64,000 bases of DNA from Obrimoposthia wandeli (GCA_977020255.1 CDROCS010000122.1:372001-436000), one strand, 5' to 3'; counted from the stretch's first letter, positions 20,612 to 29,727 are shown. The notes: generated by a model from the letters alone, not told the origin. Translations and numbers: made by a program.

Positions 20612-22324
20612 TCACCACTCTCCCACCAACAACCTGCTTTTGACTCCTCGCACCTGTAACCCCATAGCTTCAAATACAAGTTCAAAGTCTTGGCATTGCG
20701 GTGGGATATTTGGCAAGGTTAAAGCGGCTTCAGAAAAGAAACGTGTTTGTAATGATTCATCTTGCCCCCAAGCGAGATCCCACCAATCCAAAATACGAAC
20801 TTTTGAGGCTTGTAGGCGATAAGCTGTAGGCAATTTGTCGCTCTTTTTTAGGTTCTCGTTAGCTGTTGTTGGTAGCAAATTCCATTTGTCATTATTGGGC
20901 CAATAAGCAAAAGGGAGGCAATGATCTATGTGATATTCATCTTTGAGCTTACGACCACTCCATACACTGTGTATATCTACACTTTGCTGGCGTAACTGTT
21001 CAACCCGCTTACGTATATCTCTCGTGTCGTGATCTTTATCTATCCACACTAAGCAATCATGGTAGGTTTGCAGCGTAATGTTACGCTGACGATTTAGCTC
21101 AAATCGCTGCATTTCCAGTATCCATTGGTTCACAACCAGTGGCTCGATCCATGAGTTATATAGGCGGAAGCACTCCCACAAACTTTCATCTAATACAAAA
21201 CTGCCAAAGCTGCTTAAAAACTCACTATCGATAACTAACGAATCCAAAGATTTACGCTTTACCGTGGGAGGAATAATCTCAAACAATCGATTGTTTTTGT
21301 CACCTTGATATATGAAGGTAACAGGGCCGCTCTTTATCGTCGTCAAGGTATGAGTAAACGTTTTTTGTAGTGCTTTTGCTTCTTTCCCCAGAAACATAGC
21401 ACCTATGGTTAAATCATCTGCCACTAAATGCTTTAGTTGATTCCAGCCATCGTCCTTCACAAACCCCAGCCCTTTACTGCTATTTGCACTTTGCTGAATG
21501 CCTTCAACACCATCAATATTAATATCAATTAAGCGCTTAAACTGGCGTATCCAATAAAGGGCGACCAAGCCAGCAGAAATAGTAACTTTACCATCGCTAC
21601 GATCTATAACAGCACCAGCATGGGCATCAGCCACACGTAATAAGGTTCTAAGTAACGCCAATTTATACGTTGCGACTTTACTGTCGTTCACAATAATGTG
21701 CCGTACTCGCTTGAGATCGCCAGATCCGTCATCGGGCAAACTCATTACAACGGTTTGCCAATGCACATCATCGCGGTGAAGTGAGTCATCGCTACTACTG
21801 ATATGCCTAACCAACAAAGCGCTGTTTTTAGCGAACTGCTCTAATTCTTCGACCGACACACCATAATTTTGGCGTGAATCTTTAAATTCACCGTGACGGA
21901 GAGTGATAACAAGTCTGCCATTCGAGGCTAACAAGTTGGAGAGTTTACGAAAGGCGCGCTCTCTGAGACTCGGGGCAAGATGCATCCAAACCGCGCTTAC
22001 CAATATAAGGTCAAAACGCATTCCAAGATTTTCAGTTTTGCTTAATGCGGGCAGTGCATCATCTAACCAAGTGACAGCGGCCCCTGTATACGCACTACCA
22101 ACTTTACGAAAAGAGTCACAAGGTTCAAGTGCTATGACTTCACAGCCTTGTTCAGCCATCCACTTCGTATCACGCCCGCTGCCAGCACCAACATCGAGCA
22201 CTCTGTCACCGTTATGCGGCCAGAATGCCTTCCAGTTTTGATGCACCGTTTCAAATTCTAGGGAATTGTATTGATCACAGAGCATTGTCGTATTTTGGTC
22301 GTAAAAAGAGGCAGTCGCTGACAT
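20612..22324 (-). CDS. Class I SAM methyltransferase fused to a C-terminal HNH endonuclease
   Basis: Motif I VLDVGAGSGRD and FDLILVSAVWMHL; central KVATYKLALLR domain; HNH HIDHCLPF...NDKWNLLPT...ENLKKSD. Confidence 0.85.
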   Translation of the reverse strand: MSATASFYDQNTTMLCDQYNSLEFETVHQNWKAFWPHNGDRVLDVGAGSGRDTKWMAEQGCEVIALEPCDSFRKVGSAYTGAAVTWLDDALPALSKTENLGMRFDLILVSAVWMHLAPSLRERAFRKLSNLLASNGRLVITLRHGEFKDSRQNYGVSVEELEQFAKNSALLVRHISSSDDSLHRDDVHWQTVVMSLPDDGSGDLKRVRHIIVNDSKVATYKLALLRTLLRVADAHAGAVIDRSDGKVTISAGLVALYWIRQFKRLIDINIDGVEGIQQSANSSKGLGFVKDDGWNQLKHLVADDLTIGAMFLGKEAKALQKTFTHTLTTIKSGPVTFIYQGDKNNRLFEIIPPTVKRKSLDSLVIDSEFLSSFGSFVLDESLWECFRLYNSWIEPLVVNQWILEMQRFELNRQRNITLQTYHDCLVWIDKDHDTRDIRKRVEQLRQQSVDIHSVWSGRKLKDEYHIDHCLPFAYWPNNDKWNLLPTTANENLKKSDKLPTAYRLQASKVRILDWWDLAWGQDESLQTRFFSEAALTLPNIPPQCQDFELVFEAMGLQVRGVKSRLLVGEW

Positions 22325-22383
22325 GAGGAAGACTTATTAATTAAACTAATTTCATCATAAATGGGATGACATATGATTTCTAT

Positions 22384-24450
22384 TTAAACCATTGTGCCTG
22401 TAGGTAATTTTTGCTTAAGCAAATTAATGTCTAGCGGCTTTTGTAAAAATGCGATATCCGTAAATGTTTTAACCTTCTGGATTTCATCTTCAGTATGAGC
22501 AGATAAAATAAAATAATGCTGTTGGCGGTAGCCCTTAGCTTTCATCGATTCAATCAGCGTGAAGCCATCGGTTTCTGCTAGCATGTAGTCCATTAAAATG
22601 ATTAGCTCATCATATACCGCACCATCCTTATGCGTAATGCGATGATCACTCAGTGCTGTCATTGCAGAGAAAACCTCACGTTCATTTTCTGCGGTGGTAA
22701 CGTCAAAGCCTTCGTCTTCAAGCATCGCCTTACATACTTCTAAGTTAAAGCGATTATCATCCACCAGCAATACGCGCCCTTGGTGTTTAGTTACCGTACT
22801 TTGTGGTTTATGTGTTTGCTTAATTAACTGAGCAGCATGTACTTGCAACGGCCTATCATGTTGCTGCGCGGGTGCCTCGTTACTTTGTGGTACAAGAACG
22901 CGAATATTTTCTTCAATTTCCGAACAAACGCGGTATGGGAAATGAAATATTACTAAGGTTCCTTTTCCTTTTCGGCTGCGGATTTTGATTGCGCCACCCA
23001 CACTTTCGATCACTGTTTTACACGTATATAAGCCGATACCAACGCCTGATTTTAACGCTGTTGGCGAACTGTCGTCAGTGGTAAATGGCTTACTTAACGC
23101 TTGCTGAGATGCCACTGACATTCCCTTGCCAAAGTCTCTTACTGCCACGCGAATGAAGCCATCCACTTGCGAACTCAGCGCGGTATTATGCCTACTAGCA
23201 ACGTCTTTAATCGCCTTAACTTTAACATCTAAAATAACAATATCGCCGCTACTGTATTTAAAGGCGTTATTAACAAGGTTGGTGGTCAATTGAAAAAACT
23301 TGGTTGTGTCTAACAGAATGTGAGGTGGCGTCGCATCCCTAAGGTTTAGCATCAGCTGTTTTTTATGAGTGCTACCGAATGCTCGGTAATAATCATCAAT
23401 TTTATACAAGTACTCAATCAAATCGACCTTCTCATAATAGAGCGTCAAGCTACCTGAAGATGCTTTGGTATAAGTGAGGGTATTTTGCGCGACACTGTTC
23501 AGCAGGTTCGCCGACCAGATGATTTTCTCTACCGTATTTTGCCTGTGTGCATCATCGCAAGCCATATTGTTGAGCATGTTGGCATAACCCAATACGGCAT
23601 TAATGGGCGTTCTGATTTCATGATTAAGAGTAGACAGTAGGGCAAATTTTGAATTTGTTTCAATGCGCTGTTTATTTATATTGATCCGATGTTGCACCAG
23701 AATAAAAAATAAGACCGACAAACTAAGACCAAGCAACGTAATCACTAAAATGAGTAAGCTTATACCTAATAACTCTCTCTTCGTCGGTACATAATCAACA
23801 GTTAAGTTAAGGCTAGTACCATATTCAGGCAGGTCGACAAACTGTTTAGTATGAAAACCAAATATATCGGTCCAGTATTGCTCTTTATTACACCCATGAT
23901 TAGATAGTGTTTGATTACTGAATGTAACGCGAACACACACACCACTATACTGCTCTATACGCTGCTGGATCTCTTGGTGAGACACTGCGTAAACGATATA
24001 GGGTACTTTAGGTTCATCTATTTTCATCACTATTGATGAAAAATTATCAATTAAGAAGGTGATATTGCCGTTCTCATCGATTTCAGCTTTGCCTTTTTCT
24101 ATCGCAGATTTAAATCTAGAATCAGATATAAGTACTGGCGTTAAGGCCGGACTAAGCGTGAAAGCAACCGCCGATTTAATTTTTAATAAATTTTTGGAGA
24201 ACTGTGAAAACTCCACTTCAGATATGTAATCAGAAGCGTTAAAGAATGCGCGTAGTGCATCCGTAATAATGCGGTGCTGAATCAGTGTATCTCTTGAGGA
24301 ATCTAATACAATATCAGACTTATATTGATATTGTTTATCTAAGTCATTTTGGAAATAATTCCATAATGCGGTATTAATCAACGTCGTGACAACGAAGCCC
24401 ATCAACAGCACAATGCAAGCAATACGGCTAAATCTCACTTTCAATGTCAT
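22384..24450 (-). CDS. Hybrid sensor histidine kinase (CHASE-like periplasmic domain, HisKA, HATPase, REC)
   Basis: Two TM helices; LRAFFNASDYISEVEFSQF is CHASE-like; H-box NHEIRTP, N-box NLVNNAFKY, G1 DFGKGM, G2 GVGIGL; REC domain VLLVDDN...MDY...KP. Confidence 0.9.
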   Translation of the reverse strand: MTLKVRFSRIACIVLLMGFVVTTLINTALWNYFQNDLDKQYQYKSDIVLDSSRDTLIQHRIITDALRAFFNASDYISEVEFSQFSKNLLKIKSAVAFTLSPALTPVLISDSRFKSAIEKGKAEIDENGNITFLIDNFSSIVMKIDEPKVPYIVYAVSHQEIQQRIEQYSGVCVRVTFSNQTLSNHGCNKEQYWTDIFGFHTKQFVDLPEYGTSLNLTVDYVPTKRELLGISLLILVITLLGLSLSVLFFILVQHRININKQRIETNSKFALLSTLNHEIRTPINAVLGYANMLNNMACDDAHRQNTVEKIIWSANLLNSVAQNTLTYTKASSGSLTLYYEKVDLIEYLYKIDDYYRAFGSTHKKQLMLNLRDATPPHILLDTTKFFQLTTNLVNNAFKYSSGDIVILDVKVKAIKDVASRHNTALSSQVDGFIRVAVRDFGKGMSVASQQALSKPFTTDDSSPTALKSGVGIGLYTCKTVIESVGGAIKIRSRKGKGTLVIFHFPYRVCSEIEENIRVLVPQSNEAPAQQHDRPLQVHAAQLIKQTHKPQSTVTKHQGRVLLVDDNRFNLEVCKAMLEDEGFDVTTAENEREVFSAMTALSDHRITHKDGAVYDELIILMDYMLAETDGFTLIESMKAKGYRQQHYFILSAHTEDEIQKVKTFTDIAFLQKPLDINLLKQKLPTGTMV

Positions 24451-24736
24451 TTAGTAGTTGTTGTAAAGTAAGGGTATTAGCAACCAATTCACTCTTGGTA
24501 TCTTTTGTTAACGTAATCATGTCGTTTTCAACATTCAGGTAACGACAAATCCCTTTGAATTTATGCTGCAAAGCCGCAACCTCATCACGTTGAGTACTGT
24601 CTAACATCGTTATTTGAGTTAACAGCATATCAAGCTCTTCTGTTAACACGTTATACAGGCGTCGTTTATTCTCTTCAGAGTAATCATTAAAGAACGACAT
24701 TACTTTTATATGAATACATTGACTAATGGGTAGCAT
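24428..24736 (-). CDS. Stand-alone Hpt phosphotransfer protein
   Basis: About 100 aa helical protein with the Hpt motif LQHKFKG; SD AGGTGAGG precedes ATG 24736, which overlaps the EAL gene end. Confidence 0.75.
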   Translation of the reverse strand: MLPISQCIHIKVMSFFNDYSEENKRRLYNVLTEELDMLLTQITMLDSTQRDEVAALQHKFKGICRYLNVENDMITLTKDTKSELVANTLTLQQLLNDIESEI

Positions 24737-25943
24737 TTTTAGCCTCACCTTGATGATTATAATCATTTATCCATGTCATTAAATAACGTCCTTCTATTGG
24801 TGGGCTAAAGTAATACCCTTGCGCAGTATGGCAACCTAATAGCTGTAATCGATTCAGTACACCTAGTGTTTCTACCCCTTCGGCAACCACTTTAACGTTG
24901 AGCTTTTTCGCTAAAGCAATGGTCGATTCAACAATGGCTTGGTGCTGAAGATTGGAGTCGAGATCTGAAACAAAGTCTTTGTCTATTTTGATTTCGTCAA
25001 ACGGAATGCTGTCAAGTCTATCGAAGGTGGAGTAACTTTTACCAAAATCATCAAGCGAGATAGGAATATCATTAATGATCAATTTAGCAATAGCCTGCAA
25101 AGAACGCTCTTGATTAATGGTGTGTTGTGACTCTGTTAGCTCCAACATCAGCTGAATATCACTCGCTGCTAAATGTTTTGCAATCAAGTGATTAATGAGT
25201 TCTTCTGACAAAAGGTCGCTAGCGCTAATATTAATAGACAAGCCGTACTGTTTTAAAGCCGGAAAGAGTTGCCAATGAGAAATAGCCTGATCAACGACCA
25301 ACCGAGTAAATTGACAATTAAGCCCAGCTTGCTCGATCAAAGGGATAAATTTATCAGGATAGATAAAACCATCGCCTTGAATCGTTAACCGCGATAGCAC
25401 TTCAAAACCGATGAGTTTGTTAGATTTGATATCGACCTTAGGTTGATAACAGAGAAATAAATTATCTTCATTGAGCAAAGAAGCAATATTGGCGCTGTTA
25501 CAGTTGGCTTGCTCCGCTTTAGATTCCGGCACCTCTTGGGCTGTAAATTGATTATTATTCAATAAATTGAGCACTTCGTTAGCATTTAATGGCTTTTGAA
25601 ATACGCCAACAAGGTTAAGGTTAAAGCTGTTCGTGATATTACCGATCAGATCTAAGGTTCGTTGATCAGACGAGCTAACGATAACTAAAGGGATATTTTT
25701 ACTTTTGGTTGTTGCCATATAATTGATGATCGCAAGGCCATCACCATTTTCCATTTTAAGATCGGTGATAATGAGATCAAATTCAGGTTCAGTGTTTAAT
25801 GCCGATTGTTCAAGTAACGTGATGGCTGAATTACCGCAATCTGCCTCAAAAAAGATAAAGTTTTGTAACGGATCCTTACCTACCAATTCACTTTTAATTA
25901 TTTCCCTAATAAACGTTTGGTCGTCAACAATCAATATTTTCAC
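24723..25943 (-). CDS. Response regulator REC-EAL c-di-GMP phosphodiesterase
   Basis: REC domain (ILIVDD, ITD, KP) plus EAL motifs EVLSR, NIS, ELTE, DDFG, EIKID, EGVE and QGYYFS, all present. Confidence 0.92.
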   Translation of the reverse strand: MKILIVDDQTFIREIIKSELVGKDPLQNFIFFEADCGNSAITLLEQSALNTEPEFDLIITDLKMENGDGLAIINYMATTKSKNIPLVIVSSSDQRTLDLIGNITNSFNLNLVGVFQKPLNANEVLNLLNNNQFTAQEVPESKAEQANCNSANIASLLNEDNLFLCYQPKVDIKSNKLIGFEVLSRLTIQGDGFIYPDKFIPLIEQAGLNCQFTRLVVDQAISHWQLFPALKQYGLSINISASDLLSEELINHLIAKHLAASDIQLMLELTESQHTINQERSLQAIAKLIINDIPISLDDFGKSYSTFDRLDSIPFDEIKIDKDFVSDLDSNLQHQAIVESTIALAKKLNVKVVAEGVETLGVLNRLQLLGCHTAQGYYFSPPIEGRYLMTWINDYNHQGEAKNATH

Positions 25944-25948
25944 GGTGG

Positions 25949-26914
25949 TTATCCCTTACTTTTGATATTGAGAAAGTCTACTAGCTGTTTTGGCGATATC
26001 ACGGCAAGTTTCAGTAGAAAACGGTTCGCCATCAATTCAGAGCGACTTAGCAAGAAAGAGTGTATCGCAACCGTTTTGTCTTCTAGCTGTATGGTTCGCA
26101 CCTTAAAGGCATCTAATTTTGCTGCATTAAGCTTTTTGATGAACCCTTCATCACACACACTAAAACAAAGATAGCGTAAATTTTTTTGGTTTACGAAATG
26201 ATTAATGTAGGTAGACATAATGCTGTTCTCTAACTCGGTCGTTGCACCTGCTGACGACAGCACTAACATCGTATCGGGCCGTTTTTTAGGGCTTCGAGTA
26301 ACGATCTCGTTTAAATCGCTTTTGATGTTCACCAATTCCAATACATATTGAGAAGACGTTTCGATATAGAGAGCATGCCCAACGATCTGATCATTGAATG
26401 CATTGGCGATATGGATTTTTAAATCCTTAAGCCCATCAAACTCCGCTAGAGGTAATTTTAGGACAAGGCTTGGGTTATTTTCATAACGCAGAATCATTTT
26501 TAGCATGATGTAAAAACTGTCGTCATTAATATCAATAACTTGGATGTCGTAATTATCATTGGTGTAATAGGGATGAGAGGATTTGAACCGACTCTGGTTC
26601 GGAATTGAAACTAATGTACAACACTCCTCCAAAAATTGAGGATCATGGCGATAAATACTGGTCAGCTCATTATCATACAGCTCAACAATTTCAGCTTGTT
26701 TTGCCAATGATGGAATATTAATGCTCCGCTCCCAGCGGCTCACGGTTATGGTATCGAGATTGTAAAATAAGCTACTATGTTGACGTAAATACAAACAAAG
26801 CTGTTCTTGAGATAATTTGTTATTTTGGCGTAGATGTTTCAAAAACATCGCAAAGACATTATGTTTCTTTTTTTTTGAATAAGAGCAACTTGTCGGTGTC
26901 ATAACACTTTCCAT
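25949..26914 (-). CDS. XRE-family HTH regulator with uncharacterised C-terminal domain
   Basis: LKHLRQNNKLSQEQL...TVSRWERSINIPS HTH followed by about 240 aa of unassigned sequence. Confidence 0.75.
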   Translation of the reverse strand: MESVMTPTSCSYSKKKKHNVFAMFLKHLRQNNKLSQEQLCLYLRQHSSLFYNLDTITVSRWERSINIPSLAKQAEIVELYDNELTSIYRHDPQFLEECCTLVSIPNQSRFKSSHPYYTNDNYDIQVIDINDDSFYIMLKMILRYENNPSLVLKLPLAEFDGLKDLKIHIANAFNDQIVGHALYIETSSQYVLELVNIKSDLNEIVTRSPKKRPDTMLVLSSAGATTELENSIMSTYINHFVNQKNLRYLCFSVCDEGFIKKLNAAKLDAFKVRTIQLEDKTVAIHSFLLSRSELMANRFLLKLAVISPKQLVDFLNIKSKG

Positions 26915-27249
26915 TTGTCTTGCTTAATTCTTTTAATAATCCCATATACTGTTCTCTATCGATACCATCGATACGCTTTGCGTATAACTATGTATACATA
27001 ATCAACATTCGTTCAGGAATTTCATTAAATACTGGCCTGTTGTTTGTTCGCTTGCACAACATCACAGACCATAATTTATTCATTAACTATCGTATTAGTA
27101 TAATATGCTATGAAACTTAGCAACATTGGCAACACTAAAGCCAAAACCTCTACCGTATGCCTAGCTCATATAAAGAGACAGCGGCATCTCATACCCCTGC
27201 GCAATGTAAAGCCCCAAGATAGTCTTCGCAGCAGATAACGCGTGTGAGC

Positions 27250-27756
27250 TCATGAGTAAGGTACAAAAAAGCCATCAGGCACTTCATTACGACTCAGGCG
27301 ACGAATAATATCTTCATGTTGTGGATACATTGCCATTAATTTTTCTTGGTTAAACAGCTCAAAATCATTAAAGGTAAACCCAGGTGACACCATGCACCCC
27401 ACTAAAGAGAATCCCGGTTGATTCATTGCTGAACCAAAAATACATCCTTTAGGCACCAGAAATTGCGGTCGTTCACCTGCAGCAATATTGAGACCCAGTT
27501 GCGCCGTCGTCAACTCACCTTGTTCAGAGATCATATAGATGGTTAGCGATTCTCCCGCATGGAAGTACCACATTTCGTCGGCGGTTAAGCGGTGGAAATG
27601 TGAAACCTCACCAGTACGAAGCAGAAAATAGATGCTGCTCCATAGTGAACGAGTCTGATCGAAATTGCTCTGTGAGCTATAAGAGGAGCGATAGTATCCC
27701 CCTTCAATATGCTGTTCGAGTTCTAATAGTTGAATGAATTCATCGGCTGTTTGCAT
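27250..27756 (-). CDS. DUF985 (Cupin_5) protein
   Basis: HIEGGYYR, SIYFLL, SHFHRLTADEMWYFHAG and SLVGCMVSPGF motifs. Confidence 0.9.
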   Translation of the reverse strand: MQTADEFIQLLELEQHIEGGYYRSSYSSQSNFDQTRSLWSSIYFLLRTGEVSHFHRLTADEMWYFHAGESLTIYMISEQGELTTAQLGLNIAAGERPQFLVPKGCIFGSAMNQPGFSLVGCMVSPGFTFNDFELFNQEKLMAMYPQHEDIIRRLSRNEVPDGFFVPYS

Positions 27757-27837
27757 AAGTTATATTTATTCTCATCTATCTACGGTCATTCGGCGAGAGT
27801 TAAAATGCCTAATAAAGACATTAATATAATACCAATA

Positions 27838-27864
27838 AAAAAACCCGACCTATGATCGGGTTTT
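27838..27864 (-). terminator. Terminator after the bactofilin gene
   Basis: aaaacccga-cctatga-tcgggtttt with a longer T-run on the minus strand. Confidence 0.7.
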
Positions 27865-27896
27865 ACTGTTTACTGCGCTTACACAATTAATTCGTA

Positions 27897-28343
27897 TTAT
27901 TTAGCTGCGTTGGCGACTTTTTTGGGCTTTTCGTTTTTATTAACAGCCTTGTCTTCTTTTTGTTGGCTGTTAATCACAGTGACTGTTTCTTCACTGGTTG
28001 GCTGCGTCTCACCAAGGAAACTACCCCCACGCTCGATACTTAAATCATCACAATGAATTGTACCGCTCGCCTTACCGTCTTGCAGTATTTCGATGGTATT
28101 CGCGTAACACGTGCCATCATGCATACCGTTAATCACGATATGGTTGGCGATAATTTCACCTTTCACCCGCCCTTTATTACTGATCACGAGCGTTTGGTCG
28201 GTACGAATCTTACCTTCGACATAGCCATCAATTTGAATATTACACGTTAGTTCGATATTTCCTCTGATGGAACAACCTTGTGCAATGATAGTTGAAGATG
28301 CCTGCTGGCTTGAGCTTGTAGGATTTTTACTAAAGAGTCCCAT
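27897..28343 (-). CDS. Bactofilin (polymer-forming cytoskeletal protein, CcmA-like)
   Basis: TIIAQGCSIRGNI...IQIDGYVEGKI...G.V.GEI beta-helix repeats and LSIERGGSFLG; SD AAGGAG. Confidence 0.92.
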   Translation of the reverse strand: MGLFSKNPTSSSQQASSTIIAQGCSIRGNIELTCNIQIDGYVEGKIRTDQTLVISNKGRVKGEIIANHIVINGMHDGTCYANTIEILQDGKASGTIHCDDLSIERGGSFLGETQPTSEETVTVINSQQKEDKAVNKNEKPKKVANAAK

Positions 28344-29197
28344 CTGATACTCCTTTCATGGTCAAATAGTACTTCAAAATCGGCCGAGTTCCAGTCCATA
28401 AACGACTTTGGATTTAAGGCTCGGCCAAGAAAACGAACTTCATAATGCAAATGAGGTCCAGTGGATATGCCACTATTGCCAGTTTGGGCAATAATGTCGC
28501 CTTTGCGGATAAAATCACCGCTTTTGACATTAAATGAGTGCAAATGTGCATACAAGGTCATAAAACCATAGGCATGGTTTATTTTAAGCAAATTACCGTA
28601 GCCTTTTTTGCTTGGGCGTACTAATTCAACAACACCATCAGCCGGAGCGCGTACCGGTGTGCCTGTTTTCGCTGCGAGATCGATCCCAAGGTGGCGACGT
28701 TCCTTTCCTTTTATCGGATGAATGCGACTACCAAAGCCAGAAGACATTCGTCGGTACTCAATCGGGCTACCATTTGGAATAAGCTGTAACATAGACAGGC
28801 GCACAGCGGAGTTAACCGCGGCAGTATCTAACCGATTATTGAGCGGTAATTCAATTTCCGATTCTATACCAAGTACGTGTTCAAGTTCCCCCACCCGCCC
28901 GGTGACCTGTTCAAGTTCATCGTTTCGTTCTGCTAAATCTTGCTCTAGTGTATGGCGGAACCTTTCTAGCTGTTCGATTTCTGATGTTAACTGCTTTGAA
29001 TGGACATTTAATTGTTGCTGGCTCTGCCGAGATTGATCGACCTCGCCAACAAGGTAATTGATAATGATTGCGGTAACAATAACGGAGACCGCAACAAAGG
29101 TTGAGGCTGCAACCAAGTTACGTTTAAATAATTTACCCAGATGAAAGTGCCGCGAACCATGGATATTGGATATTGATATAATGAGTTGATCTTTCAT
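28247..29197 (-). CDS. M23-family peptidase with N-terminal TM and coiled coil
   Basis: HLGID (HxxxD) and GPHLH (HxH) zinc motifs; overlaps the bactofilin start by 97 nt. Confidence 0.92.
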   Translation of the reverse strand: MKDQLIISISNIHGSRHFHLGKLFKRNLVAASTFVAVSVIVTAIIINYLVGEVDQSRQSQQQLNVHSKQLTSEIEQLERFRHTLEQDLAERNDELEQVTGRVGELEHVLGIESEIELPLNNRLDTAAVNSAVRLSMLQLIPNGSPIEYRRMSSGFGSRIHPIKGKERRHLGIDLAAKTGTPVRAPADGVVELVRPSKKGYGNLLKINHAYGFMTLYAHLHSFNVKSGDFIRKGDIIAQTGNSGISTGPHLHYEVRFLGRALNPKSFMDWNSADFEVLFDHERSIRWDSLVKILQAQASRHLQLSLHKVVPSEEISN

Positions 29198-29374
29198 TGT
29201 TATACATAATTAAAGATTCCTATTAGTCAAAGCGACCAGTTGACCAGCAGCTAAAGGGATTGTTGTAAATTTCTCAGATTATTCCGATATTGATATTAAT
29301 CTTACTCGTTTTGATAGAGTTCATACTGATTGGCACCAGTAAAAAAACCTCTTAGCCGATTAATACGACTACGA

Positions 29375-29727
29375 GGTTTATTACAAATCAACGGCACTTT
29401 TCTCGGTGGTTTTTCGACTGCGGCAACCAAGTGCATCGTAATCAAATAATTTGGACTGATAACGCTGTAGTTGATCGTTTGTCGATTCACTCTCTTCAAA
29501 ATCAGGGTTACCAAGATGCGGGTTACCAAAGCTATCAAACAGGTAATTTGTCGTGGTATTGTTTTGGTGATGAGCTTGCAGCTGGTTTAGCGCATCGTAG
29601 CTAAACTGCTGGCGGCCTAAGGTGTTATCTTGTATTGCGATAAGTTGGCTGGCTGAATCGTAGTGGTATTGTCGGCTATAGCGACTATCGTGCTCACTTG
29701 TTCATTTTTGTTGTTGTAAACGGCCAT
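29375..29727 (-). pseudogene. Rhs core relic with no toxin
   Basis: Near-identical to the main rhs at about 34116-34559, but has TGG>TGA at 29702-29704, a 120-bp deletion at the atcgtaatca repeat, and ends in VDL**. Confidence 0.85.

Noticed and set aside
20437-20643. 68-aa ORF starting inside ssrA
   Set aside because: It spans the tmRNA 3' end and terminator and is not a plausible protein or integrase remnant.
29302-29538. 78-aa ORF upstream of the M23 gene
   Set aside because: It is an off-frame reading of the Rhs relic.
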